From Bacilli bacterium (GTDB lineage Bacteria > Bacillota_I > Bacilli_A > RF39 > UBA660), in assembly GCA_017511805.1 (NCBI GenBank), contig JAFWJA010000021.1, forward strand, positions 65,956 through 129,955: 64,000 nucleotides of DNA, given 5' to 3'. This document shows positions 18,232-28,000 of this stretch, piece after piece. Under the pieces are notes generated by a model that was not told the origin of the DNA, searched no databases, and worked only from the letters and a program-made list of their open reading frames with translations. The position numbers and the translations under genes were made by a program. Every line of letters starts with the position of its first letter. Position 1 is the stretch's first letter.

Positions 18232-19158
18232 ATGGAATTTATGACTACAAAAGAAGCTGTGCAAAAATGGAATATTAGTGAAAGAAGAATAAGACAATTA
18301 TTACAAGATGGAAGAATTGAAGGTGCTGTTAAAGTAGGTAATAATTGGAATATTCCTATTAATGCTAATAAACCAGCTGATAAAAGAAGTGTTAAACTAG
18401 ATAATACTGAATTTAAATTTGATTTACCCGATAATTATTTTGATAAAGTTGATAAATTAAATAAAGAATTAAATTCAAAAAGACCTATATCAAAAGAAAC
18501 TTTAAAATCTTTAAAAGAATCTATTAATTTAGAGTGGACTTATAATAGTAACGGTATAGAAGGAAACACATTAACTTTAAGAGAAACACAAATTGTTTTA
18601 GAAGGTATTACTGTTGGAGGTAAATCTTTAAAAGAACATTTAGAGGTTATAAATCATGAACAAGCAATATTATTCTTAGATGATCTTATTAAAGATAAAG
18701 AACCTGTAACAGAATGGAATATAAAAAATATTCATCAATTAGTATTAAAAGAAATAGATGATGATAACGCTGGTAAATATAGAGATGAAAATGTAAAAAT
18801 AAAAGGTGCTACACATATTCCACCAGATTATTTAATAGTTCCAGAATTAATGGAAAAATTAATTATTAATTTTGAAGATTGGAAGAAATATCATCCGATT
18901 ATTAGAGCAGCATTATTACATGGTGAATTAGTTAAGATACATCCATTTGTTGATGGTAATGGTAGAACTTCAAGATTAGTTATGAACTTATCTTTAATGA
19001 ATAGTGGATATCTTCCAGTAATTGTAAAAAAAGAAAAAAGATTAGAATATTATAATGCTTTAGATAAAGCACATACTACTGGAGATTATACAGACTTTGT
19101 TAAATTAGTTAATAAATTAGAAATTGAAATGTTAAATAAATATCTAGAATTGTTGTAG
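18232..19158 (+). CDS. Fic-family protein with N-terminal MerR/excisionase-type HTH
   Basis: Canonical Fic motif HPFVDGNGRTSR. N-terminal inhibitory-helix-like motif SNGIEGN (S-x-x-x-E-G). N-terminal MTTKEAVQKWNISERRIRQLLQDGRIEG is an HTH. Likely start is ATG 18232 with RBS GAGGTG; the ORF track starts at GTG 18223. Confidence 0.8.
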   Translation: MEFMTTKEAVQKWNISERRIRQLLQDGRIEGAVKVGNNWNIPINANKPADKRSVKLDNTEFKFDLPDNYFDKVDKLNKELNSKRPISKETLKSLKESINLEWTYNSNGIEGNTLTLRETQIVLEGITVGGKSLKEHLEVINHEQAILFLDDLIKDKEPVTEWNIKNIHQLVLKEIDDDNAGKYRDENVKIKGATHIPPDYLIVPELMEKLIINFEDWKKYHPIIRAALLHGELVKIHPFVDGNGRTSRLVMNLSLMNSGYLPVIVKKEKRLEYYNALDKAHTTGDYTDFVKLVNKLEIEMLNKYLELL

Positions 19159-19168
19159 GAGGTATTAT

Positions 19169-21511
19169 ATGACAAGTAGAATTTTAAATGATTCCAGTAT
19201 TTGGGATTTACATATCCATACGTGCAATAGTCCAAAATCATCCGGTGAATTTCAGAAAATGGACATAGATAAGTATATCAATACATTATTAGATGTATTT
19301 AAGGATTATCCAGATTTGTCTTTAATTTCTTTTACGGATCATAACATTATTTCTTATGATGTTTACAAAGCTTTCATAGATAGAAAAACTGATATTAATA
19401 TTATACCTGGAATCGAAATAGATGTTGATATTGATGGAATAAAAGATAGCAAGCATATGTTATTTTATTTTAATATTGATTTAGAAAAATTAGAAGATTT
19501 TTCTAAAAAAATAAATGACTATATGAATAATAGAAAAAGTGTTAAAATTGAAAATATTTTGGATTTCTTGATATCAAATAAAATAGAATTTATTATTAGT
19601 CCACATGCTTTTAAACAAGGAAAACGTGGAATTGAATATGATTGGAATGATGAAGATTCCGCTGGTTCAAATGCTCATAAGTTTATGGATCAATTGTTTT
19701 GTTTTTGGGAAGCGTCTGGACATTCTGACATAGCTAATGCTATAGAATTTTTAAGACGAATTGATAAAGAAGATATAATATCTGTTATTTCTTTTTCAGA
19801 TTCATCAGATGAAAAAAAATTAAGAGAATATTTATCAAATCCTCCTCAATACTTTAAATCATTACCAAATTATAAAGGATTGCAATTAGCTGGTACAGAT
19901 TGTAGAAGAATTTTAAAAGAAAAGAAATGCATTAATGAAGATAATACTGGTAATTTTATTGGTAGTGTTTTTATAAATGGTGAAGAAATAAAATTATCAG
20001 ATAGATTAAATACAATAGTTGGTGGTAGAGGTAGTGGGAAATCTTTATTATTGGACAATATGGCACTGTCTATGGATAGTTCAATAAGAGAAAATAAAGT
20101 TCTTAAAGATGATAGAATTGATTTTTTAGATACAATTAATATTCAATTAAAAAACTTAGATGGAACAATTATAGATTTAGATAACAAAAAAATTGATTTT
20201 TTTGATCAATCATATGTTTCGAAAATTTTTACTTCAAATAACATAAGTGAAGAAATAGAAACATATTTCGCTGATGAATTTAAAAACATTGAAAATATAG
20301 ATAAAGAATACGAACTACAACTTATAAAATCAAAATATGAGGAGTACTTAAAAAAGGATATTATTACTAAACCTACAAGTAATATTTCAAATTTTGTTGG
20401 TAAGTATAAAAAAATAGATGAAAAATCCGTTGGATTAAAGATTAGAAAAACTGATATACATACTTTAAATAAAATAGATTACAGTATCGATGAAGCAATA
20501 AAGTATGCCAATAATGGTTGTAAACTTATTCCTAAAGATTTAAAAGGAAATAAAAATATAAACAATGCATTATTAAATTTTATAAAGGTAGTAACAGCAG
20601 AAGCACATGATTATAATAATGAACGAATAAAAGAAAACTTAGAGGATATTATTAAGGAAAAATGTTTGAGTCAAGATGAAGAAAAAAATAAAGAATTAAA
20701 AGTAAGAAATACTGAGGAAGAATTATTTGTTAATCATTTAAAATTTGAATGTGATCCATATGTTGAAAGAACAAATATTGTAAATTCTATTTTGAAATTA
20801 CAGGTAGATTATAAAGAAGAAAAAAATAAATATGATATAAAAGATGGAGTAGATGATAGTAAATTTAAATTTGAAAAAAAGATTATATTTGAAAGCCCTT
20901 TGCAATATTTTAGGAAAATGTGCGAGAAATATATTGGAGTAAAAGCTAAATCATATAGTGATAAAGAGCTATATCATGCATTTATATATGAAATAAATGA
21001 TCTTATTAAAGATTCAAAAACTGTATCTGATTTTATCAGCGACTTAAAAAGTTTGAAAGATTATGAAGTGAAGTATGAAAGTAATATTCTTTATGGCAAA
21101 GATATTGAAAATCTAGAAAATATAGTCAAGATGTCACCAGGAACTCAAACAAATATTTTAATGGAATACATAGTATCAAAACAAACTGAAATTCCACTAT
21201 TGATTGATCAACCAGAAGATAATATAGATAATGAAACTATATATACTAAATTAACAGAATGGTTTGAAAAATTAAAATTAAAAAGACAAGTTATTGTAGT
21301 CACTCATGATGCAAATATTGTTATAAATGCAGATGCTGAAAATGTAATTATAGCTAACAAAAATGAGAAAAATGAATTTACTTATACTTATGGGGCTTTA
21401 GAGTATAATGGAATTCTTGAAAGAATCTCAGTTATTTTAGACGGTGGTGTTGAGGCTGTAGAAAGAAGGTTAAAGAAATATGGAAGAAAAAAAGATAATA
21501 GTAACAATTGA
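19169..21511 (+). CDS. Fusion protein: N-terminal PHP phosphoesterase domain + split SMC/RecN-type ABC ATPase
   Basis: PHP motifs WDLHIHTCNS, FTDHN, PGIEID and ISPHAF. RecF/RecN-like N-terminal ATPase entry FINGEEIKLSDRLNTIVGGRGSGKSLL (Walker A). C-terminal signature-like MSPGTQT, Walker B LLIDQPEDNID and H-loop VVTHDANIV, separated by about 330 aa of K/E-rich probable coiled coil. Starts 10 nt after the Fic stop. Confidence 0.6.
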   Translation: MTSRILNDSSIWDLHIHTCNSPKSSGEFQKMDIDKYINTLLDVFKDYPDLSLISFTDHNIISYDVYKAFIDRKTDINIIPGIEIDVDIDGIKDSKHMLFYFNIDLEKLEDFSKKINDYMNNRKSVKIENILDFLISNKIEFIISPHAFKQGKRGIEYDWNDEDSAGSNAHKFMDQLFCFWEASGHSDIANAIEFLRRIDKEDIISVISFSDSSDEKKLREYLSNPPQYFKSLPNYKGLQLAGTDCRRILKEKKCINEDNTGNFIGSVFINGEEIKLSDRLNTIVGGRGSGKSLLLDNMALSMDSSIRENKVLKDDRIDFLDTINIQLKNLDGTIIDLDNKKIDFFDQSYVSKIFTSNNISEEIETYFADEFKNIENIDKEYELQLIKSKYEEYLKKDIITKPTSNISNFVGKYKKIDEKSVGLKIRKTDIHTLNKIDYSIDEAIKYANNGCKLIPKDLKGNKNINNALLNFIKVVTAEAHDYNNERIKENLEDIIKEKCLSQDEEKNKELKVRNTEEELFVNHLKFECDPYVERTNIVNSILKLQVDYKEEKNKYDIKDGVDDSKFKFEKKIIFESPLQYFRKMCEKYIGVKAKSYSDKELYHAFIYEINDLIKDSKTVSDFISDLKSLKDYEVKYESNILYGKDIENLENIVKMSPGTQTNILMEYIVSKQTEIPLLIDQPEDNIDNETIYTKLTEWFEKLKLKRQVIVVTHDANIVINADAENVIIANKNEKNEFTYTYGALEYNGILERISVILDGGVEAVERRLKKYGRKKDNSNN

Positions 21512-21764
21512 TAAAACAAAAGTTGAATTACAATCAAATAATCCTAACATTAAGAATCTAGTTGAAAAAATATTAGATCAAGATGAAAAGTTTGATTTTA
21601 ATAATATAGAAATAGAATGTTCTGATGATAATTTTGATAAAGATAGTTTTAAAAAAATTATAGTTGATTCAGTGTTTGAATTTAAAAAACAGTTAATTAT
21701 CGAAGAAAAAGATAATAATGATAAAATTGAAAAAATAGAAAAAGAAAAGAAAAATAATGAATAA
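21480..21764 (+). CDS. Small K/E-rich hypothetical protein overlapping the 3' end of the PHP-ATPase gene
   Basis: 94-aa ORF with a 32-nt overlap to the upstream gene and an intrinsic terminator immediately after it. Confidence 0.4.
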   Translation: MEEKKIIVTIDKTKVELQSNNPNIKNLVEKILDQDEKFDFNNIEIECSDDNFDKDSFKKIIVDSVFEFKKQLIIEEKDNNDKIEKIEKEKKNNE

Positions 21765-21766
21765 AA

Positions 21767-21806
21767 AAGAGCATATATAGCTACGTAACCTATATATGCT
21801 TTTCTT
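21767..21806 (+). terminator. Intrinsic terminator of the Fic/PHP-ATPase operon
   Basis: Stem gcatatata (x2 inverted) with an 11-nt loop, followed by ttttctt. Confidence 0.6.
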
Positions 21807-22073
21807 ATGTCTGCACAGTTTTTGCACAACAATTTAGTTAAATTGTTGTGTAAAAAATTATATTTTTTTAAACTGTTTATACTATAAAGCGTTGATTTTA
21901 AAGGGTTTGTATTAATATGATTAACCCAACTTTTTGGGCCCCTGAAGAGAGCAACTCTAGTCTTTTTATCCACAAGATTTATTATAATATTTTTATAGAT
22001 ATAATAATTTTACTTTTTTGATAGCATAAATTATATAATAAGTGGTATAATGAAAAATAAAGGCAGTGTATTT

Positions 22074-24416
22074 ATGAATATGAAAGTATTATTAAAGAAA
22101 TTTGTAAATATAGTTAGAAAACATTATATTATTATAATGTTCTTTTTGCTATTTTTTTGTACAAGTACAAAGGCATATGCTTTGAGTTTTGAAATAGAGG
22201 ATGTTTCTATTAGTGATAAGAGTTCTACTGTTAGTACTGATACTATTAGTTATACTAGTAATGAAATTAGTAGTAATGTTACATTTAATTCAATAGATGA
22301 TTATGTTGTTTATGATATAAAGATAAAGAATAACGAAGATAAGTTGTTTAAAATAGAATCAATTAGTGATAATACTACTAATGATAATTTAGTTATTGGG
22401 TATGAAAAAGAGTCTGAGATAAAAGCTAAAAGTAGTTCTACTATTAGGTTAATTATGACTTATAAGAATAAACTTGTTAATAAGAATATTACATTAGATA
22501 ATTTAGAAATCACAATTAATTTTGTTGATGAGGGTGGAGAAGATAGTACTATAATAATTAATCCTGTTACAGGAGATAATATAGTTAGTTATTTAGTTTT
22601 ATTAATTATTTCATTAGTTGGTATAGGTTTTATTATAACTAATAAGAGATTAAAGCATTTAAAAATAGGAATTATTATTTTGGCTATATGTGTTATAAGT
22701 ATTCCTTTTGTTACTTTTGCGATTGAAGATTATAAATTTAGTTTTAAATTTAGTGATGTTGTTATTAATGGGGAGTTTGAGGAATATGATATTACGCTAG
22801 TAGATCAAGGGTCAAGCACATCTTTTAAAAGAACTTATGGAGAGGTATTAGGTACATTACCTAGTGCTTTTAAAGTAGGACATACATTTGATGGTTGGTA
22901 TAGTAATAATGTTTTAGTTAATGATAATACTGTTGTTAAGGGTCCTATGACAATAGAATCTAGATTTATTCCTAATAAACATACATTAACTATTAATGAT
23001 AGTGAATATGTTGAAACAGATACTCCTAGTGGAGAATATGATTATGGAACTGAAATAACTTTAAAGGCAAAGAATAGATTAGGCTATACTTTTGTTAAAT
23101 GGTCTAATGATAATACTGATACAGAGATAACATTTACTATTACTAGTGATATAGAAATTGGTCCTATTTATAGTCAAGATGTTTATACTATTATTTTTGA
23201 TTCTAAAGGTGGATCAGATGTTAGTAATAAAACTGGAACATATAATCAAGCATTAGGAACTTTAGAAAATCCTACTAAGCATAAATATAATTTTGATGGT
23301 TGGTATACTTTAGAAGATGGTGGAGAAAAAATAACATCTGATACTAAGATAACAGGTAATACTACTTATTATGCTCATTGGGATCCTATTGGATTTAATA
23401 CAGTATTTTCTCATGAAGGAGCATGTACATTTAATGCATATGATAATATAACTGGAGATGAATGTTCTGAATATTGGGATACTAATTATATAAATACTGG
23501 TATTGCTTTATTTAGTGAGGAAAATAATGGTAAAGATTTTGAGGCAGGATTTACTATAGTATCATATAATTCTGGTGATCAAACTAGTGAAAAGAATCAA
23601 GTATTTATGAGTGATAAAAAAGAAACTGGTGGAACTGCTATTGTACCTGGTATAGTAGCAAGAAGAAGTTCACAACCTAGTACTGCTATAGATATATCAT
23701 TTGGTAAAAATGGTAATAAAACAGGTGTTGATTTAACTACTACAATAAATACAATTAAGATGTTTAGAATTGATGGTAATATATATTATTCTATAAATGA
23801 TGGAGAAAAGGTTTTATTAAATAGTAATATTAGTGATTCAGATGTATTTAATGTACCTTTAACATTTGGTGCAGGATATACAGTTGATGGTTCAATATTA
23901 AGACCTGTTAAAGCTACTTTATCAAATATGTATGTAAAACTAGGTTATGTAGATTTAGATGACTATTATAAGATTACATACGATGGAACTGATGGATCTT
24001 TAGTAACTAATAGTAAATCTATATTAAAAGGTGATAAAATTGGTAATTTCCCTACTGGTACTAAAAATAAAAGTTATATAGCAGGATGGTCTTTAGAAAA
24101 TGGTAGCACTGATTATATTAATTCAAATTATGTACCAGATAGTGATATAACTTTATATGCTACATGGAAAAAGTCTATTGAAGTATTAAATGTTTCTAAT
24201 ACAAGCATTTCATTAAATGTAGGTGAAACAGAAAGTATAGTTATTACTAATCCAACTGAAGTAGAAGAAGAGTACTATTTTACTTCCAGTGATAACTCAA
24301 AAGCATCTGTTGATACAAATGGAGTTATAACTGCGAAAGCATCTGGTTCTGTAAATATATATTTGAGAGGTAGAGCATCAGGTAAATCAAAGACAATTAG
24401 AGTAACAGTTAATTAA
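22074..24416 (+). CDS. Cell-surface protein: signal peptide, about 130-aa N-terminal domain, internal NPVTGD sorting signal + TM + basic stretch, internal signal-peptide-like segment, InlB B-repeat (Listeria-Bacteroides repeat) domains, C-terminal Big_2 domain
   Basis: The ATG at 22050 lies inside the extended -10 TGGTATAAT, so the start is probably ATG 22074 (RBS AAAGG). Repeats GHTFDGWY..., GYTFVKWS... and YNFDGWY...YYAHW / LYATW are of the InlB B-repeat type. C-terminal SLNVGETESIVITN...SVDTNGVITAKASGSVNIY is Big_2-like. Confidence 0.65.
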   Translation: MNMKVLLKKFVNIVRKHYIIIMFFLLFFCTSTKAYALSFEIEDVSISDKSSTVSTDTISYTSNEISSNVTFNSIDDYVVYDIKIKNNEDKLFKIESISDNTTNDNLVIGYEKESEIKAKSSSTIRLIMTYKNKLVNKNITLDNLEITINFVDEGGEDSTIIINPVTGDNIVSYLVLLIISLVGIGFIITNKRLKHLKIGIIILAICVISIPFVTFAIEDYKFSFKFSDVVINGEFEEYDITLVDQGSSTSFKRTYGEVLGTLPSAFKVGHTFDGWYSNNVLVNDNTVVKGPMTIESRFIPNKHTLTINDSEYVETDTPSGEYDYGTEITLKAKNRLGYTFVKWSNDNTDTEITFTITSDIEIGPIYSQDVYTIIFDSKGGSDVSNKTGTYNQALGTLENPTKHKYNFDGWYTLEDGGEKITSDTKITGNTTYYAHWDPIGFNTVFSHEGACTFNAYDNITGDECSEYWDTNYINTGIALFSEENNGKDFEAGFTIVSYNSGDQTSEKNQVFMSDKKETGGTAIVPGIVARRSSQPSTAIDISFGKNGNKTGVDLTTTINTIKMFRIDGNIYYSINDGEKVLLNSNISDSDVFNVPLTFGAGYTVDGSILRPVKATLSNMYVKLGYVDLDDYYKITYDGTDGSLVTNSKSILKGDKIGNFPTGTKNKSYIAGWSLENGSTDYINSNYVPDSDITLYATWKKSIEVLNVSNTSISLNVGETESIVITNPTEVEEEYYFTSSDNSKASVDTNGVITAKASGSVNIYLRGRASGKSKTIRVTVN

Positions 24417-24446
24417 AAAGAAGTTAAAAATAACTTCTTTTTTTTG
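24417..24446 (+). terminator. Intrinsic terminator
   Basis: Stem aaagaagtt-aaaaat-aacttcttt, then a T-run. Confidence 0.75.
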
Positions 24447-24509
24447 TTGTTGAAAGACATTTTAATTTTTAGTATAATTAAATTAGATTGTATGATAGGA
24501 GGTGAGGGT

Positions 24510-24893
24510 ATGAAGAGAGTATTAAGTTTATTAATGGTATTTGTTGCTGTATTTAGTGTAACTATGTTAGTTGGTTGTGGAAGTAAAGCTGATTTAAGTA
24601 AATATGCTGGTACATATGAAGGACAATATACTAAGTTAGTTGGTGATGATACTAAGGATACATCTGATAAGTTCTCAGTTGAATTAAAAGAAGATGGTAC
24701 TGGTAGTTCTACTAGAGATGGTGCTACTTATGATATAACTTGGTCTATGGATGGAGATAAGTTTGAAATGACTGAGAAGTTTGCTGGTATGAAAATTGAA
24801 TATACTGGTACTTTAAAGAATGGTGAATTAAATATATTTAATGGACCAGAAGATGATGATTGGACTTATAATTACGTTTATAAAAAGAAATAA
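24510..24893 (+). CDS. Small lipoprotein
   Basis: Signal peptide with lipobox LVGCGSK. RBS GGAGGTGAGGG. Start ATG 24510 is in frame with the longer ORF that begins at 24444. Confidence 0.65.
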   Translation: MKRVLSLLMVFVAVFSVTMLVGCGSKADLSKYAGTYEGQYTKLVGDDTKDTSDKFSVELKEDGTGSSTRDGATYDITWSMDGDKFEMTEKFAGMKIEYTGTLKNGELNIFNGPEDDDWTYNYVYKKK

Positions 24894-24898
24894 TATAT

Positions 24899-24927
24899 AA
24901 CTAATGCTTAGCATTAGTTTTTTTTTG
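24899..24927 (+). terminator. Intrinsic terminator
   Basis: Stem aactaatgc-tta-gcattagtt plus T9. Confidence 0.8.
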
Positions 24928-25047
24928 GTAATAATTAGTAAAGTAATTTTAAAAAACTTGAGTAAAATAAGAATATAGTAGTTTTAGTATTGTTTAAATA
25001 TTGAAATTATGTTATGATTAATTAAGATAGTAGAGGTGTTTGTAGTA

Positions 25048-28000
25048 ATGGTAAAAAGGAAGAATAAGCTATCGATTCTTTTTATTTTTACAGTTATGAT
25101 TTCCGTATTATTTATAGGGAAAGTTTTTGCGTCTTCAAACATCATTAAACTTACAAACATCCAAATAAAAGATCAAACTTCGGGAGTAGATGCGAGTATA
25201 GATAGTTATAATGCGAATACTGTTAATACTAGTAATGATTACCATGCGGTTAATAATTATGTAGAGTATATTTTAACAATATTAAATACTGATTCTAAAC
25301 CATATTCAATTAAGTCTATTAGTGATACTAATACTAATCCGAATATTAAATATGATTATTATGATTATAAAGATAAGATTTTAAAACCTAATTCTACAGT
25401 ACAAATATTAATTAGAGAAACTTATAATACAGAGAATGCTGATTTAACTAATAGAAGTTCTTCAAATAGTGTTAAGTTCTTATTTAATCTGGTTGATGAA
25501 GATGGAGTAGAGATATATTATGATGGTGATAATCCTACTACTGGTGATCAGATTATGAAATATGTTATTATATTTGGAATATCAATAGTAGCGTTAATTG
25601 CTTTAATATTTATAATCTGGAAATTTAAGAAGGGTAAAAAGTTAATGGTTCTTCTACTATTTGGATTATTAATGATACCTGGATTTGTTAGAGCAGAAGA
25701 TGTAGAAGCTACTATAACATTTAATAATAATATCGATTTATTAGATAAAGTAAAAGTAACATTTAATTATAACGGAGTAACTAGAGAGTCTATTATACAA
25801 TACGATAGCAGTGTAACAGAGCCTAGTGTTCCTAATAAGAATGGATATATATTCTTAGGTTGGTTCAATAATGGAAACTTATTTGATTTTAGTACAAGAT
25901 TAACTAGTGATATAACACTTGAAGCTGATTACTTAAAAGAAAGTTATACAATAACATATGACTTAGATGGCGGTAATGCTTCTAATCCTGGTGTATATAA
26001 AGTAACTGAATTACCGATAGCACTTAATAATCCAGTTAAAGATGGATATACATTTATAGGATGGACTGGTAGTAATGGTACAACACCTCAAAAAGACTTA
26101 ACTATTACTAACAAGAGTGAAAATTTAAATTATAAAGCAAATTATACTATAAACACTTATACAATAGCTTATGAAGGATTAACTGAAGCAGAAATGACTA
26201 CTTTAAATAATCCAGATACTTATAATATAGAAGATACAATAACATTAAATAATCCAGCGAATAGATTAGATAATGATGGAGATCTAGCATATAGATTTAT
26301 AGGTTGGAAAAATGATACAAATGATGTTTCAAAAACAATTACTATAACTAATAATACTGGTGTTAAATCATATGAAGCTGTATGGTTACCAGTTGCACCT
26401 GATACTTACACAATTACTTATGAATTACATGATGGAACTATCGATGGTACTAATCCGTTAACTTTTAACAAGTTAACTCCAAGTTTTACCTTACTTAATC
26501 CTACAAAGAGAGGTTACTCATTTGATGGATGGATAGGGAGTAATGGTGATGTACCACAAACTAGTGTTACTATTAATCAAGGAACTAAACAAGATTTAGA
26601 GTTTGAAGCTATATTCACTAAAATAGATTATCCGATAGCATATGATCTAGATGGTGGATCAGTAGCAGTAGCTAATCCTGTTACTTATACAGTAACAGAT
26701 ACAGTTACATTAAATAATCCTACTAAGAGAGGATATAATTTCTTAGGATGGTCTGGTACAGATATAGAGGGAATGAGTACTAGTGTTACTATTCCAGTTA
26801 ATTCTATAGGAGAAAGATCATATAAAGCTAATTATGAAATAATAGAATATACAATTACTTATGATTTAGATGGAGGAGCAGTTACTGGTAATCCAACTAC
26901 TTATAAAGTTACAGATACAATTAATTTATTAGCACCTACTAAATTAGGACATATATTTACTGGTTGGACAGGTAGTAACGGACAAACACCTCAAACTAAT
27001 GTTACTATTACTAATTCAATAGGTAATTTAAGTTATACTGCTAATTATGAAGGTGGAGCATATTATGTTCATTTTGATAAGAATGATTCTTTAGCAACAG
27101 GTACTATGGAAGATGAACAAATGCAAGTAGATCTTTCTAAAGCATTAACATCAAATAAGTTCTATAAGAAAGATTATGTATTTGATGGATGGACTACAAA
27201 TCAAGATGGTACAGGTACTGTATATGCTGATGGTGAATCAGTTACTAATTTAGTTATGAGTGGTACTATTACACTATATGCTAAATGGAGACCTGTTAAG
27301 AAAGCTATATTTGATACAGGATCTAAAGTAAATATTAGAATGAAGACTTTATCTGGACAAAGTGGTGCCGCAACAGGAACTAATAATAGTATTATTAAAA
27401 AGGTTAAGTATGTGGATCCAGTACCACAAGATAAACAAATAACTGATAATATTATATCTAGTGCTGCTAGTCAGTATAAGGTATATATGTGGTATGATTC
27501 AGATGAAAAGATTATATATTATGGTAAAGAAGATGACGCAGATGAGATTTATTTAGGTAAAGATGGAGCATACATGTTCAATTACCTATATGAATGTACA
27601 GAAATAGATACTAACTTTAGAACAGATGATACACAAAACTTTACTCAAATGTTCTGGAGAGACGTTAATCTAGAAGTATTAGATGTTAGTCACTTTAAGA
27701 CAAATGAAGCGAAGAGTTTCTCTTCTATGTTTGGTGAGTGTGCTAAGATTCCATCATTTGATTTAAGTGGATGGGATGTTAGTGGTGCTAAAACATTTAC
27801 ATTTATGTTTAACCAATGTGCATCTATAACAGAGTTAGATTTAACTAATTGGGTTACAACAAGTGCAGAAACTATGAAGAATATGTTTAGTAGTACTACT
27901 AACTTAAGTACTTTAAAAATACCTAATTTTGTAACATCAAATGTTACAGATATGCAAAAGATGTTTGATAACATGCCTAGCATACAATCTTTAGATCTTA

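Noticed and set aside
21578-21973. 131-aa minus-strand ORF overlapping the 94-aa gene and the terminator region.
   Set aside because: It is antisense to a better-supported plus-strand ORF and runs through two hairpin terminators with no RBS. Most likely a chance open frame in AT-rich DNA.
22050-22052. ATG at 22050 as the start of the 788-aa surface-protein gene (ORF-track start).
   Set aside because: This ATG sits inside the extended -10 element TGGTATAAT (22043-22051). The ATG at 22074, with an AAAGG RBS, is the plausible start.
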